Below, one piece after another: positions 1-10,973 of a stretch of 55,879 nt of DNA. Origin of the DNA: Alphaproteobacteria bacterium (GTDB lineage Bacteria; Pseudomonadota; Alphaproteobacteria; Rs-D84); assembly GCA_041673665.1 (NCBI GenBank), contig JBAYXF010000001.1, positions 1 to 55,879 on the forward strand, read 5' to 3'. The number at the start of each line of letters is the position of its first letter. Position 1 is the stretch's first letter. The notes beneath the pieces are model-generated. The model saw only the letters and a program-made list of their open reading frames with translations, was not told the DNA's origin and made no database searches. Made by a program: the position numbers and the translations under genes.

Positions 1-1
1 A

Positions 2-1309
2 ATGCGCGATAAAATGTGGGATATGGGATTTTCCGAATTTCAAACACCGCTTTTGGGGAACTCTTCACCAGAAGGCGCGCGTGATTTTATCGTGCCCAGT
101 CGTTTGCATCATGGAATGGTTTATGCGTTGCCCCAGGCACCACAACAATGGAAACAAATGATTCAGGTTTCTGGGTTTGACCGCTATTTTCAAATTGCAC
201 CATGTATGCGCGATGAAGATTTGCGCAGCGATCGTATGTTGGAATTTTATCAACTTGATTTAGAAATGTCTTTTGTAGAACGAGAACATGTTCAAGAAGT
301 TGCGGAAAACATAGTTGTTCCATTGATAAAAGAATTTGCGCCAAATGCAAAATTACATCCAGAAATTCCACAAATTCCATATGACGTGGCAATGCTGAAA
401 TATGGCATAGATCGCCCAGATTTACGTAATCCTATTGAAATATCTGATGTGTCGGAAATTTTCGCAGGCAGTGATTTCGGCATTTTTGCCGAGGCCGTTA
501 AAAATGGTTCAGTTGTCCGTGCAATTCCAGCGCCAGCATCATCGGATAAACCACGTTCTTGGTTTGATAAAATGGAAGGGTTTGCTAAAGAAGAACTGGG
601 ACTTGGTGGTCTGGCATACATTGTTTTTGCTGATGAACCAAAGGGGCCAGTGTCAAAAAAACTGGACGCGGATAGAATTGAAAAATTAAAAAAGATTGCC
701 GGTAATGGATCAACTTTATTTTTTGTATGCGACACGGAAAATGCGGCAGCCAAAGCAGCAGGTAAACTGCGGATTAAGCTGGGCGATGATTTAAACCTGA
801 TAAACCCAAATGAATTTCGTTTGTGTTGGGTTGTTGATTTTCCAATGTTTGAAGAAGACGAAAACTCGACAACCGGGGTTGCGTTCGGACACAATCCGTT
901 TTGCGCGCCACTGAATACAGAAAATATTGATTTATCCGATCCTTTAAAATTAAAGGCATCACAATATGATATTATTTTAAATGGTTGGGAAATTGGTGGG
1001 GGATCACTTCGTAATTATAATCCAGATATGATGTTAAAGTTGTTCAAAGTTGCCGGATATGGTGAAGACGTTGTTCGTGAAAAATTCGGCGGCCTTTATA
1101 AAGCATTTCAATATGGTGCGCCACCACACGGCGGTTTGGCCCTGGGGATAGAGAGAATAATATGTTTGTTGTTGGGGGAACCTAATTTAAGAGAGGTAAC
1201 GTTATTCCCAGCAAATCAACGTGGCCAAGATTTAATGATGGGGTCGCCCAGTGTGCCAACAGAACAACAACTTCGCGATGTTCATGTTCAGTTTAGAAAA
1301 AAGAGCTGA
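2..1309 (+). CDS. aspS: Aspartyl-tRNA synthetase, C-terminal 435 aa (5' end lies outside the window)
   Basis: Class II aaRS core motifs in the translation (FQIAPCMRDEDLRSDR, GWEIGGGSLR, GAPPHGGLALGIERI). The ORF is open at the window edge and a hairpin terminator follows. Confidence 0.93.
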   Translation: MRDKMWDMGFSEFQTPLLGNSSPEGARDFIVPSRLHHGMVYALPQAPQQWKQMIQVSGFDRYFQIAPCMRDEDLRSDRMLEFYQLDLEMSFVEREHVQEVAENIVVPLIKEFAPNAKLHPEIPQIPYDVAMLKYGIDRPDLRNPIEISDVSEIFAGSDFGIFAEAVKNGSVVRAIPAPASSDKPRSWFDKMEGFAKEELGLGGLAYIVFADEPKGPVSKKLDADRIEKLKKIAGNGSTLFFVCDTENAAAKAAGKLRIKLGDDLNLINPNEFRLCWVVDFPMFEEDENSTTGVAFGHNPFCAPLNTENIDLSDPLKLKASQYDIILNGWEIGGGSLRNYNPDMMLKLFKVAGYGEDVVREKFGGLYKAFQYGAPPHGGLALGIERIICLLLGEPNLREVTLFPANQRGQDLMMGSPSVPTEQQLRDVHVQFRKKS

Positions 1310-1336
1310 TAAGTAATATAAGAATACATCCCTGTT

Positions 1337-1360
1337 GCCCGCGGCATGCCGCGGGCTTTA
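1337..1360 (+). terminator. Rho-independent terminator after aspS
   Basis: Perfect GC-rich palindrome gcccgcggca/tgccgcgggc (1337-1356) followed by ttta, 28 nt after the aspS stop. Confidence 0.7.
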
Positions 1361-1380
1361 TAATTATATACAAAGAGAGA

Positions 1381-1668
1381 ATGAATATGTTGTGTTACGA
1401 AAAAATAGAACGTATTTCACGGACAATGTGCTTGACCCCATACCAGCTATATATGCTTGAAGTAAATGCAGACAAATATAATTTAAATAAATTGGTAAAA
1501 TATGGGACTGCCTTATATGCGCCCTATAAATGCGAAATCTGTCATGGTTTTATAGACAAGCTTAAAAAAATATTTTTTGGGCCATGTGCTGATTTAATAG
1601 GCCCAGATACACTTTTGGTTTTTAATACTCGTGGGATAAAAGCCAAGCGCTTTATGCCCAATAACTAA
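1381..1668 (+). CDS. Hypothetical protein, 95 aa
   Basis: ORF only. It has a weak purine-rich stretch (agagaga) before the ATG and no recognisable motif. It overlaps the asmA-like stop by 4 nt. Confidence 0.3.
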   Translation: MNMLCYEKIERISRTMCLTPYQLYMLEVNADKYNLNKLVKYGTALYAPYKCEICHGFIDKLKKIFFGPCADLIGPDTLLVFNTRGIKAKRFMPNN

Positions 1669-4190
1669 AACTGATTATGGGTTCTGATAAATTCTTCCAT
1701 ATATGGTATATCAATAGTTCGCATAATTTCAGCCAAAGAATATCTGTGTTCACCATTTGGCAATACTTTTAATGATATTGGTTTTTCTTGGACAGATGCG
1801 CCATGCATAAAGATATCAAGCTGTGCGGACAGTTTGCCTTCTTCTAGTTGTAAATTTCCATATATGTCGGTATGTCTGGCTTTTAATGATAACTTTTGAG
1901 TTGTTTCAAATTTTCCATGATTGTATTTACCAACTATGCGTAAAGTTTTAACTTTCGTTTTTCCACCGCTGATTGCATTAGCAATCGCATCTTCGGCGCT
2001 GGTATTTGTAATATCAGATATTTTGGCATAGAAAGCATCGGTTCCTATACCATTAAGAATCCCGCCATCAAAACTGAGCTCAACACTGCCCTTCATATTT
2101 TTCCAAAAATCATAGGCTATTTTTCCGTTGGTTTTCAATTCGGCCCCACCGGTTATAACAGAATCTGATATATTAAGAGGAGAATTCGTGTTCAACAAAG
2201 ATCCGACAAAGGCAAATCGGTTTAATTTTATCAGAACGCCATATTCGTTACCGCCAAGCCCTTTTAATGATACCAATAAACTGCCGCGGGCGTCATCTGT
2301 TATTGAAAAATCTTGGGTTCCGTCATGTAATGAATAGACAAAATTATCATACATCTCATTGCGCCAAATAATATCAGATGCAGTCAAAGAAATTCCGAGC
2401 CCTTTGATTTTAAATGGTGCTAAAACAGGTGCACCAGACAAAAACTGCATTTCATCATAGTTATCAAAATAGTGTTTATTTGCCAACAGATCAAGATTTA
2501 GACTGTCTGTTTTTAGCGTAATGTTTGCGCCATCAGCAACCCCATTGAACACATGTCCGGCCATTCGAATTTCTAAATCTTTGATAGACGAGGCAGAATA
2601 TTTTCCAGAAATTTCATAAGGGAATTTGTTTATAAAAGGCATATCAACGTCAGGATTGAATGCGTGCAGCAGCTCTAGCTCATTATTACCAGACAGAATA
2701 AATTTATCGTCTTCCAGTCTTAAATTCCATTTTTGTCCGTTTGGCATAAATGAAAAACTGTTGTTTTGCCATTTCATAAAACCGTTTTCGGCGCGCATAG
2801 ATTCCGGCAAGAAATTAAAAGTTTTTTTATTCAACCAATCTAAGTTTTTATCTTTTACAAAATCATATTTTATAATTTGGTGTTTGTTTATAATTTTTAT
2901 TTCGCCGCCCATATCTGCAAATTTAAAAACAATTGTTCCATCCGTTCCCAAGAAATTTAAAGAAGACACAAAGTCGAAATTTTCTGGCATCTTATTTTTT
3001 GAAGACAAAGTTATTTTAAACGAGCCATCATCTGAAACCAAGGTCCCATTTGCAGAGAGATTTTTATCATTATATTCATATTCGTCACAGCGCCATCTTT
3101 CGGGTGTTCCACTGAACAAACAATAAACGTTGGCGTCGTTTTTGGAAAATCTGATATTTAAATTTTGTGCACCGGTTCCCAAAATATTACCATTTATATT
3201 TCCACCAATCTTTTCGTTTTTGAAATCCAGGTTCTCTATAGTGATTCTATCATCGGTTCCAAATGCGTTTAATTTAACGTCTGAATAATAAGTATCGGAA
3301 AACTTTATATTTCCATGTAGGTTTAAATCAAGACGGGTGTTTTTTAATAAGGATTTTTTTGATAGCAAAAAGGACAGGTCAAAATACATATTGTCAGAAG
3401 ATAAATCTATTTTATTAAATGAGTCGTCGCCTGGTAAAATTATACTGCCATTGAATTTATCATTACCAATGGTTCCATTTATGTCAGAAAAATTAAATCC
3501 ATATTTCCCGTTCCAATCAACCTTCATGCTTAATGATACTGGCCTGTTAATGTCTGGCTCGAAAAATTCAAACCAAGAATTTATATCATCCGTATCTATG
3601 GACATATTAGCTGTTGCGCCGCCATTTGGTGTTAGTGTGCCGTCAATCTTTAGCCCTTCGTTTTTATTAGTAATTAAAAATTGATCACCATTTGTTTCCA
3701 GCAGATATTTATGCTGTTTTTCACGAATCCATGCGTTTATGTTTCCGTTTTTCAAAATTGCATCTAGAACTTTGAAATTTCTGCCCATAAAATTTATGTT
3801 GGAATCCGATATTTCTATGGTGCTGTCAAATTTTGATTTGGTTAATTCATAGATTGTAATGTTTGCACCATCTATATAAATTTTCCCGGTGGTTTCTGCA
3901 CGGTTTATATCAAATATTTTCATTAATGGGATTGTGAAAACAATAGAATCTATAGTTCCATTTGGAATACGAACATCATGAACAACAATATGTGCATTGC
4001 GCAGCAGGCTGATATTTATTCTGCCGTTTATTTTTGCATTAATCCCTGTTTGTGATTTTATAGTTTGCTCGAAATTTGGGCGCAAGTATTTTAAATCTAG
4101 CATGGGTGGAACAATAATAACCGCTAAAAACAGCATTAAAAATACCGATAAAATACTTAGAAATAGTTTACGACGATGACGTGCTTTCAT
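1665..4190 (-). CDS. AsmA family outer-membrane assembly protein
   Basis: 841 aa with a basic N-terminus and a single TM helix (KARHRRKLFLSILSVFLMLFLAVIIV). The rest is long and beta-rich, and the C-terminal region (SVELSFDGGILNGIG...) is typical of AsmA/AsmA_2 architecture. Confidence 0.72.
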   Translation of the reverse strand: MKARHRRKLFLSILSVFLMLFLAVIIVPPMLDLKYLRPNFEQTIKSQTGINAKINGRINISLLRNAHIVVHDVRIPNGTIDSIVFTIPLMKIFDINRAETTGKIYIDGANITIYELTKSKFDSTIEISDSNINFMGRNFKVLDAILKNGNINAWIREKQHKYLLETNGDQFLITNKNEGLKIDGTLTPNGGATANMSIDTDDINSWFEFFEPDINRPVSLSMKVDWNGKYGFNFSDINGTIGNDKFNGSIILPGDDSFNKIDLSSDNMYFDLSFLLSKKSLLKNTRLDLNLHGNIKFSDTYYSDVKLNAFGTDDRITIENLDFKNEKIGGNINGNILGTGAQNLNIRFSKNDANVYCLFSGTPERWRCDEYEYNDKNLSANGTLVSDDGSFKITLSSKNKMPENFDFVSSLNFLGTDGTIVFKFADMGGEIKIINKHQIIKYDFVKDKNLDWLNKKTFNFLPESMRAENGFMKWQNNSFSFMPNGQKWNLRLEDDKFILSGNNELELLHAFNPDVDMPFINKFPYEISGKYSASSIKDLEIRMAGHVFNGVADGANITLKTDSLNLDLLANKHYFDNYDEMQFLSGAPVLAPFKIKGLGISLTASDIIWRNEMYDNFVYSLHDGTQDFSITDDARGSLLVSLKGLGGNEYGVLIKLNRFAFVGSLLNTNSPLNISDSVITGGAELKTNGKIAYDFWKNMKGSVELSFDGGILNGIGTDAFYAKISDITNTSAEDAIANAISGGKTKVKTLRIVGKYNHGKFETTQKLSLKARHTDIYGNLQLEEGKLSAQLDIFMHGASVQEKPISLKVLPNGEHRYSLAEIMRTIDIPYMEEFIRTHNQF

Positions 4191-4234
4191 ATTCTTCTCT
4201 CCCTTGCATTTTCATTATAATGAATTATATTTAA

Positions 4235-6229
4235 ATGGTGAATAAAAAAGTTTTTAATCTTGAATCTGACTATCAGCCGTCTGGGGACCAACCCCAGGCG
4301 ATTTCTGAATTAGTGGCTGGTTTAACAGAAGGCAGGCTCAGTCAGGTTTTGTTGGGCGCGACCGGTACAGGTAAAACATTTACCATGGCAAATGTAATTG
4401 CGGAGCTTGGGCGACCCACAATGATTATGGCGCCGAACAAAATTTTAGCAGCGCAACTATATACAGAAATGAAATCATTTTTTCCAAAGAACTGTGTTGA
4501 ATATTTTGTTTCTTATTATGATTATTATCAGCCCGAGGCTTATATGCCAACAACGGATACATACATAGACAAAGATGCATCTATCAATGATCAATTGGAT
4601 CGCATGCGTCATTCTGCAACACGCGCTATGTTGGAAGAGCGCGACGTTATCGTTGTATCGTCAGTGTCCAGTATTTATGGCATGGGCAGCCCTGCGCAAT
4701 ATGCGGGCATGAAACAGATTTTTCGTAGTGGCGATAAAATTAGCAGCAGGGAAGTAATGCGTGCTTTGGTAGATATTCAGTATAAGCGAAATGATATTGG
4801 TTTCGATCGTGGAGAATTTCGCGTTCGTGGTGATATGATTGATGTTTTCCCATCACACGCAACAGACCGCGGATGGAAGTTGTCTTTTTTCGGTGATGAA
4901 ATAGAAGACATTTGGGAATTTGATATTTTAACTGGAGCAAAACAAAGAAAGCTGGATAGGGTTGCGATTTATCCAAATACTCATTATGCAACGCCCCAAC
5001 CAACAATAAGACAAGCGATTGGTGAAATCAGAAAAGATTTAGAAGCACGCTTGGAATATTTTCATAAAAACATGAAATATGTCGAAGAGCAAAGATTGCG
5101 GGAACGTACAAACTTTGACATTGAAATGATGGAGGCAACTGGAACCTGTCGCGGTATTGAAAATTATTCCAGATATTTATCAGGACGTAAACCGGGCGAA
5201 CCGCCACCAACTTTGTTTGAATATTTGCCAAAAGATGCAATTTTATTTGTTGATGAATCGCATGTTTCTGTTCCACAAATTGGCGCAATGTCCAAGGGGG
5301 ATGCCGCGCGTAAAAGCACATTATCCCAATATGGATTTCGTTTACCTTCGTGCGCGGATAATCGTCCACTTAAATTTGAAGAATGGGATGCGATGCGTCC
5401 ACAGACAGTTTTTGTTTCTGCAACGCCCGCAGATTGGGAATTGGAACAAGCAGGTGGTATAGTGGCCGAGCAAGTAATTCGCCCAACAGGATTATTGGAT
5501 CCAATGGTTGATGTTCGCCCAACTAAAAACCAAATTGATGATTTATTGCATGAGGTTAAAAATGCATCCGGTCGCGTTTTGATAACAACCTTGACTAAAA
5601 AGATGGCGGAACAGTTAACAGATTATTTAACCGAGCATGGCGTCCGTGCAAAATATTTACACAGTGATATTGAAACATTGGAACGTATTGAATTATTACG
5701 TGAATTGCGCATGGGTAAATTTGATGTCTTGGTCGGGATTAATTTACTGCGCGAAGGATTGGATGTTCCAGAATGCGAATTGGTTGCAATTATGGATGCT
5801 GATAAAGAAGGATTTTTGCGTTCTACGCGCTCACTTATTCAAACAATTGGTCGCGCCGCGCGCAACGAGAATGGTCGTGTAATTTTATATGCAGATACCA
5901 TTACACACAGTATGAAAGATGCTATGGACGAAACTGTGCGCAGACGCGAAAAGCAAATGGCTTATAACGCTGTGCATGGCATAACACCAAAAACTATTGT
6001 TAAATCCATATTTTCAGAAGTAACAGACAGGGAAGAAAAAACAGATAAAAAACGACAATTTGTTTACACCAAGGCTGGTGGAGTCCAGGACCGCGCGGGA
6101 TTGGAAAAAGAAATTAAAGTACTGCGTAAAAAGATGTTAAAGTATGCTGAAAATCTAGAATTTGAAGAAGCAAGCGTAGTTCGTGATATAATGAGAAAAA
6201 TGGAAGAAGATTTATTATTGTTGGAGTAG
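4235..6229 (+). CDS. uvrB: Excinuclease ABC subunit B
   Basis: Walker [10 protein letters not shown], helicase motifs (DESH, VSATP), and the C-terminal UVR domain ([11 protein letters not shown]). Confidence 0.97.
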   Translation: MVNKKVFNLESDYQPSGDQPQAISELVAGLTEGRLSQVLLGATGTGKTFTMANVIAELGRPTMIMAPNKILAAQLYTEMKSFFPKNCVEYFVSYYDYYQPEAYMPTTDTYIDKDASINDQLDRMRHSATRAMLEERDVIVVSSVSSIYGMGSPAQYAGMKQIFRSGDKISSREVMRALVDIQYKRNDIGFDRGEFRVRGDMIDVFPSHATDRGWKLSFFGDEIEDIWEFDILTGAKQRKLDRVAIYPNTHYATPQPTIRQAIGEIRKDLEARLEYFHKNMKYVEEQRLRERTNFDIEMMEATGTCRGIENYSRYLSGRKPGEPPPTLFEYLPKDAILFVDESHVSVPQIGAMSKGDAARKSTLSQYGFRLPSCADNRPLKFEEWDAMRPQTVFVSATPADWELEQAGGIVAEQVIRPTGLLDPMVDVRPTKNQIDDLLHEVKNASGRVLITTLTKKMAEQLTDYLTEHGVRAKYLHSDIETLERIELLRELRMGKFDVLVGINLLREGLDVPECELVAIMDADKEGFLRSTRSLIQTIGRAARNENGRVILYADTITHSMKDAMDETVRRREKQMAYNAVHGITPKTIVKSIFSEVTDREEKTDKKRQFVYTKAGGVQDRAGLEKEIKVLRKKMLKYAENLEFEEASVVRDIMRKMEEDLLLLE

Positions 6230-6232
6230 GAT

Positions 6233-6631
6233 ATGGAAATCATTTTAAAAGATTTAAATGAAACAAGAAAATGGGCGGCTGAATTTGCGAAAACTTTGCG
6301 TGCACCAGCCGTTGTTGCATTACATGGCGATTTGGGAATGGGGAAATCAGAAATAGCGCGCGCGATAATTCAAACCCTGCGTGGTGCAGACACGGTTGTC
6401 CCCAGCCCAACATTTACATTGGTGCAAAATTATGATGGGATATCCCATTTTGATTTATACAGAATTTCAGATATTTCTGAACTGGAAGAAATTGGTCTGC
6501 AACATGCAATTGCAAATGATATTACATTGATTGAATGGCCAGAAATTGCAAAAGAATTTTTGCCGAAAAACACAATTCATATTTATTTAACTGAATTTGA
6601 TGATGGGCGTAAATTAAAAGTCCAAGAATAA
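6233..6631 (+). CDS. tsaE: tRNA threonylcarbamoyladenosine biosynthesis ATPase TsaE
   Basis: 132 aa with P-loop GDLGMGKSEIARAI, followed by SPTFTL and HFDLYR motifs typical of TsaE/YjeE. Confidence 0.8.
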   Translation: MEIILKDLNETRKWAAEFAKTLRAPAVVALHGDLGMGKSEIARAIIQTLRGADTVVPSPTFTLVQNYDGISHFDLYRISDISELEEIGLQHAIANDITLIEWPEIAKEFLPKNTIHIYLTEFDDGRKLKVQE

Positions 6632-7381
6632 TCCACAATGGTCGGTGGGTTTTTCGTCTAATCTTGGTCTCTTGTCTATATCACAATGCGAAACTAATTT
6701 TTGTGCAGTATGATTCGCCAGCCAATAATCTAATCGCAATCCATGATTTTTTTGAATACTGCCACCACGATATTCAATCCATGTCCATGGATTTTCAGTA
6801 TCTGGATTAAATTTACGATAACAATCTGTCCAGCCTGCATCCAGCCATGTTTGCATAATTTTACGTGCCGCTGGGGCAGATATACTGCTGCCTTCGTATT
6901 GTTTTGGGTTCCAAATATCTTCGTCTTTTATGGCGACATTAAAATCCCCACCAATCAGAATGGGTTCTTCGCTGTTCAATAATGGTTCAATGTGTCTGGT
7001 GAAATGCTGCATCCATTCAATTTTATACGGAAATTTTGGACTATCTATACTTTCGCCGTTTGGCATATAAACATTTATTAATCTGACACGACCATCAATA
7101 ACGCATTCAATCATACGCGCATTTATATCAGCGTACCCAGGCAGTCCGCGCGTTGTATCTTCGATAGAATGCTTGGAAAATACGGCAACACCATTCCATG
7201 ATTTTTGTCCGTAAATCTTTATATTATAACCCAAGTGCTCAAAAATAATATGCGGAAAGATATGGTCTTCTACCTTTAGTTCTTGAACCAATATTGTGTC
7301 ATATTCGCCGCTTTCGACAATTTTTAAAAAACTGTCCATATGGGCGCGGATAGAATTAATATTCAAAGATAACAGCTTCAT
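6614..7381 (-). CDS. xthA: Exodeoxyribonuclease III
   Basis: EEP nuclease signature (MKLLSLNINSIR, VQELK, GGDFNV, DHCGL). I place the start at the internal ATG at 7381 because homologues begin MKxxSxNxN. The track ORF extends to 7477. Confidence 0.88.
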   Translation of the reverse strand: MKLLSLNINSIRAHMDSFLKIVESGEYDTILVQELKVEDHIFPHIIFEHLGYNIKIYGQKSWNGVAVFSKHSIEDTTRGLPGYADINARMIECVIDGRVRLINVYMPNGESIDSPKFPYKIEWMQHFTRHIEPLLNSEEPILIGGDFNVAIKDEDIWNPKQYEGSSISAPAARKIMQTWLDAGWTDCYRKFNPDTENPWTWIEYRGGSIQKNHGLRLDYWLANHTAQKLVSHCDIDKRPRLDEKPTDHCGLFLDF

Positions 7382-7469
7382 TAAAAAACCTTTGCGTTTT
7401 TCTTGCCATTTGGCCTTTACAAGTCTATAATAATCATCGTCCAATATAAAAACAACAGGGAATTTTAAA

Positions 7470-9050
7470 ATGAACATGTATCAGTTTTTGGAAACAGTTG
7501 TATCGGAAGTACCGAACGATCTGTTTTTAACGCGTGAGAAAGTAACTTATTCAGAATTTAATGAAATGGTGAAAAAACGCGCAACAACTCTTTCGGAAAT
7601 GGGCGTGAAAAAGGATGACGTTGTTGGGATCTTGTCCCACAATATCCCAGAATTTCCAGTGTCGCTGTTTGCGATTTGGTATCTGGGTGGCCAGGTCTTG
7701 ATGTTAGACACAAACCTGACTCCGTTTGAGTATGACAATATGACCAAACAAACCAAGTGCAAATTGGTTTTGGCCGAAAAAAGCTTTTTTTATAAAGCTG
7801 CAGACTTCAATTTTTATGACATAACAAAAAAAGACGAAAAGCTCGGGTCTGGTATTAAACCAGCGGCCGTGGAATCAGAAGACATTGCAACGTTATCATT
7901 TACCTCTGGTTCTACCGGCAAACCAAAAATTGTGCCATTGACACATTATAATTTGGTTGAGTGTTCAGATTCATTAGAAGATATGGGTGCATGGTTAAGA
8001 AAAGGCGATACTTTCTACGGCTTTTTACCAATGTACCATGTGTTTGGTTTCGCAGTTGAAATACTTGCAACAATCCATTTTAGGGGGAATATTCTTTTGC
8101 AGCCAACAATAAATCCAAAAGATTTATTGGATGACTTTCAAAAATACCGTCCACAGATTATTCCGGCCGTTCCACGCTTGTGGGAAGTTTTCCGCAATAA
8201 AATCATAGATGGAATGAAACAGAAGAAAATATGGTGGTTGGCGTCTTTCGTTTTGAAATACGGACCATTGCTTAAAAAACTGGGATTGGGTTTCTTGGTA
8301 AAAAAGATTCAAAAACCTGTTTTGGCTGTATTTGGTGGACGTGCCCGTTTATTGGTTGCAGGTGGTGCCGCGGTTAAACCAGAAGTGGAAACTTTCTATG
8401 AGCGTTTGGGCTTGTCCTTTATCCAGGGTTATGGATTGACCGAAACGGTTGGACCAATTTGTATATCAAAGCCCGTTAAACACCGTGAACCATTTGCTTT
8501 TGGTGGTCCAATAACAAATAACGAAGCTGAAATCCGTTCTAAAAACGCCGAAGGCATCGGTCTTTTGTGGGTGCATGGACATCAAGTATTTAGTGGTTAT
8601 TTAAATAATCCAGAAGCAAACAAAGAAGTCTTTGATGACAAGGGCTTTTTCAATACTGGTGATTTGGTGTCAATGGATAAAAATGGCGAATTGCATTTTC
8701 ACGGACGTCAAAAACAAGTTATTGTTCTTGATTCTGGTAAAAATGTTTATCCAAATGAATTAGAGGCTTTGTTTATGGAAATCCCAGGCGTTAAAAACGT
8801 TGCTGTGTTTGAACATACAATCAAAGACAAAACGGTTGCTTATGGAGTTTTCCAAGTAGAAGATGATATGACATTTGATAAACTGAAAAAAGCAGTTGCA
8901 AATGCAAATAAAAAGATAGCCAGTTATAAATGGGTTACGCATTTTGCAATGACTAAAAAGGAATTACCATTAACCAGTACACAAAAAATTAAACACCATG
9001 TGGTGCGTAAAAATCTGATTGATGGCGAATATCCAGAAAGTCGCGATTAA
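7470..9050 (+). CDS. AMP-dependent synthetase/ligase (long-chain acyl-CoA ligase-like)
   Basis: AMP-binding motif LSFTSGSTGKPKIV, plus GYGLTET and TGD motifs and the C-terminal lysine region. Confidence 0.85.
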   Translation: MNMYQFLETVVSEVPNDLFLTREKVTYSEFNEMVKKRATTLSEMGVKKDDVVGILSHNIPEFPVSLFAIWYLGGQVLMLDTNLTPFEYDNMTKQTKCKLVLAEKSFFYKAADFNFYDITKKDEKLGSGIKPAAVESEDIATLSFTSGSTGKPKIVPLTHYNLVECSDSLEDMGAWLRKGDTFYGFLPMYHVFGFAVEILATIHFRGNILLQPTINPKDLLDDFQKYRPQIIPAVPRLWEVFRNKIIDGMKQKKIWWLASFVLKYGPLLKKLGLGFLVKKIQKPVLAVFGGRARLLVAGGAAVKPEVETFYERLGLSFIQGYGLTETVGPICISKPVKHREPFAFGGPITNNEAEIRSKNAEGIGLLWVHGHQVFSGYLNNPEANKEVFDDKGFFNTGDLVSMDKNGELHFHGRQKQVIVLDSGKNVYPNELEALFMEIPGVKNVAVFEHTIKDKTVAYGVFQVEDDMTFDKLKKAVANANKKIASYKWVTHFAMTKKELPLTSTQKIKHHVVRKNLIDGEYPESRD

Positions 9051-9054
9051 AAAA

Positions 9055-9080
9055 ACGCCCAGTTGGGCGTTTTTTATTTT
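9055..9080. terminator. Bidirectional rho-independent terminator between the acyl-CoA ligase and secB
   Basis: Stem acgccc/gggcgt with loop agtt, an A-run upstream and a T-run downstream. It lies between convergent genes. Confidence 0.75.
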
Positions 9081-9499
9081 TTATTTTTTTCTTCGTACAA
9101 CTTTTCGAAATCAATTGGTTGCATTGCAAATGGAGGAAATCCAGATTCGCCCGTCATACGCAAGATGATTGCGCGGATGCTGGGGAATAATAAACCAGGG
9201 ACTTCGATTAATAATGTTTTTTTCAAATCTGCTTCGTCTTCAGATTTTTCAACCTGGACCAGACCAGAATAAGTTGATTCAATTAAAAATATAGATTTAT
9301 CGCCTTGTTCTAGCTTGCTGTGTAGTTTAACCAGTAAGTCGACCATATAAATATTATTTTCAGTACCTTTGATTTGAATATCTAAATTGATATCCATTTT
9401 TGCCTGGCCATTTTCTTGTTTAAAGAAAAGTTCAGGTACGTTCGGAGATTCAAAAGAAAAATCTTTTAAAAATTGTGATATAAGTTGAAATTTGGCCAT
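9074..9499 (-). CDS. secB: Protein-export chaperone SecB
   Basis: 141 aa. The N-terminus (LKDFSFESPNVPELF) and the overall acidic beta-rich pattern match SecB. Confidence 0.85.
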   Translation of the reverse strand: MAKFQLISQFLKDFSFESPNVPELFFKQENGQAKMDINLDIQIKGTENNIYMVDLLVKLHSKLEQGDKSIFLIESTYSGLVQVEKSEDEADLKKTLLIEVPGLLFPSIRAIILRMTGESGFPPFAMQPIDFEKLYEEKNKK

Positions 9500-9579
9500 G
9501 GTGATTGCTCCTTTTTTCGGCTGCCGTTTTATGATAATATAACATAGATATGAAGTTTTTCAAGTACCAAGGATAAAAT

Positions 9580-10656
9580 ATGAGAAAATACTGGCTGTTT
9601 TTGTTTATGGGAATGACTCTTTTGTCGGGTTGTGGGGATTTAACTGGTTCCGGGTCTTCTGGTGGTGGCAGTGCCTCTATACCCTCAAATCTTAAGAAGA
9701 CATCGTTTAATTCTGTGCCTGGTTGGTATAATGATGATCACAGATATGCTTTGCAGGCCTTTAGAAATACATGCAAAGCCAGAATTCAATATTCTGGGCG
9801 CGTAATTCCCAGTCGTAAATTATTAGAAGACAAGTGTCGAATGTTACCCCGCGAATCTATAAGCGCTAATGCCGCCAGAACATGGTTTGAAAATAATTTT
9901 CAACCATATAAAGTTTATGATAATTCTGGCAAAGGAGAGGGGACATATACAGGATATTATTCGCCCGTTATCGCCGCATGTAAAAAGAAGACGGCCCAAT
10001 GTAATGAGCCTTTAATGAATGTTCCGACAGACGGACGAAATTATAAAGGTGTCAGCAAAGAAAGAATTGTAGAAAATAAAATTGGGCGGGTTTTATATTG
10101 GGCAAATATAGTTGATGTTCAAAATATTCAAATCCAGGGCAGTGGAATGTTAAAGCTGGAAGATGGCAGCTTGGTTAAATTAAATTTTGCCGGCGTAAAT
10201 GATTTGCCGTTTAAATCCATAGGTGATCAATTAAAACGCAAGGGCATCAAACCATCTGGGGGATATTCGTCCGAGGCTGTATGGAGTTATTTAAGAAAGC
10301 ATGAATCATTGGCACGAGAAATAATTTATAAAAATCCCAGATATGTATATTTCCAGGTTGCTAAATCGCATAATGTAATTGGGAAACTAGGAACCCCATT
10401 ATCTAAGATTCGTAGTGTTGCAATGGATGACAGTTTATATACATTGGGATTACCCGTATTTATAAACACGAATTTGTCGGTTGATGGTCGTAAATTCCAA
10501 AGACTGATGATCGCCCAAGATACCGGCAGCGCAATTCGTGGATGGATACGTGCGGATATATTCTTTGGCAGTGGTGACGAAGCGTATAAGTATGCTCATG
10601 GTCAACATTCCCAAGGGGAGATGTATATCTTGATGCCGAAAACATATGGGAATTAA
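9580..10656 (+). CDS. mltA: Membrane-bound lytic murein transglycosylase A (lipoprotein)
   Basis: Lipobox LLSGC. MltA and 3D-domain motifs are present (GYYSPV, IQGSG, AQDTGSAIRG, RADIFFG). Confidence 0.85.
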   Translation: MRKYWLFLFMGMTLLSGCGDLTGSGSSGGGSASIPSNLKKTSFNSVPGWYNDDHRYALQAFRNTCKARIQYSGRVIPSRKLLEDKCRMLPRESISANAARTWFENNFQPYKVYDNSGKGEGTYTGYYSPVIAACKKKTAQCNEPLMNVPTDGRNYKGVSKERIVENKIGRVLYWANIVDVQNIQIQGSGMLKLEDGSLVKLNFAGVNDLPFKSIGDQLKRKGIKPSGGYSSEAVWSYLRKHESLAREIIYKNPRYVYFQVAKSHNVIGKLGTPLSKIRSVAMDDSLYTLGLPVFINTNLSVDGRKFQRLMIAQDTGSAIRGWIRADIFFGSGDEAYKYAHGQHSQGEMYILMPKTYGN

Positions 10657-10972
10657 ACCGAATTTTAATGGCAGAATTTCAAGACCCCAAAGTTTGGGCG
10701 GGGTATTTGGTGGACTTTTAAAAATATTTGGTGCGCGCGCATCAGATGCTGATTTAGCGGCCAGATGGGATGAAATTTTGGGCGATGATTTATCCAAAAT
10801 TGGGAAGCTGGTCGGCGTAAGAAAAACAAAAGATAAAAAAATTAATATTTCAATAAAGCCGGCTTTTCCGGCCATGTCTACAGAATTATCGTATCGCGTG
10901 GATGAATTTCGCGTATGTATAAATAAATACTTTGGTTATGACGCGGTCGGGAAAATAATAATTAGAAAATAA
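10646..10972 (+). CDS. DUF721 (DciA-like) domain protein
   Basis: 108 aa. The pattern W-x2-ILG ... INISIKPAFPAMSTELSY ... INKYFGYDAV..I fits the DUF721 family layout. Confidence 0.55.
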   Translation: MGIKPNFNGRISRPQSLGGVFGGLLKIFGARASDADLAARWDEILGDDLSKIGKLVGVRKTKDKKINISIKPAFPAMSTELSYRVDEFRVCINKYFGYDAVGKIIIRK

Positions 10973-10973
10973 T

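Noticed and set aside
292-894. 200-aa minus-strand ORF inside aspS
   Set aside because: It is fully antisense to a confidently identified aspS. Its composition is low-complexity (Ser/Ala/Pro-rich) and it has no motif. This is typical of a shadow ORF.
2626-3684. Plus-strand ORFs of 166 aa and 115 aa inside the asmA-like gene
   Set aside because: They are antisense to a long continuous 841-aa ORF. Their translations are Ser/Phe/Leu-rich shadow sequence with no start context.
7382-7477. N-terminal 32-codon extension of xthA. There are similar extensions on yebC (12169-12207) and the HD hydrolase (38772-38819).
   Set aside because: The family N-termini (MKLLSLNINS, MSGHSKWHN) begin at internal ATGs. 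The extensions would overlap divergent or upstream genes.
10450-10875. 141-aa minus-strand ORF spanning the mltA/DUF721 junction
   Set aside because: It is antisense to two plus-strand genes that carry family motifs, and nothing is recognisable in its own translation.
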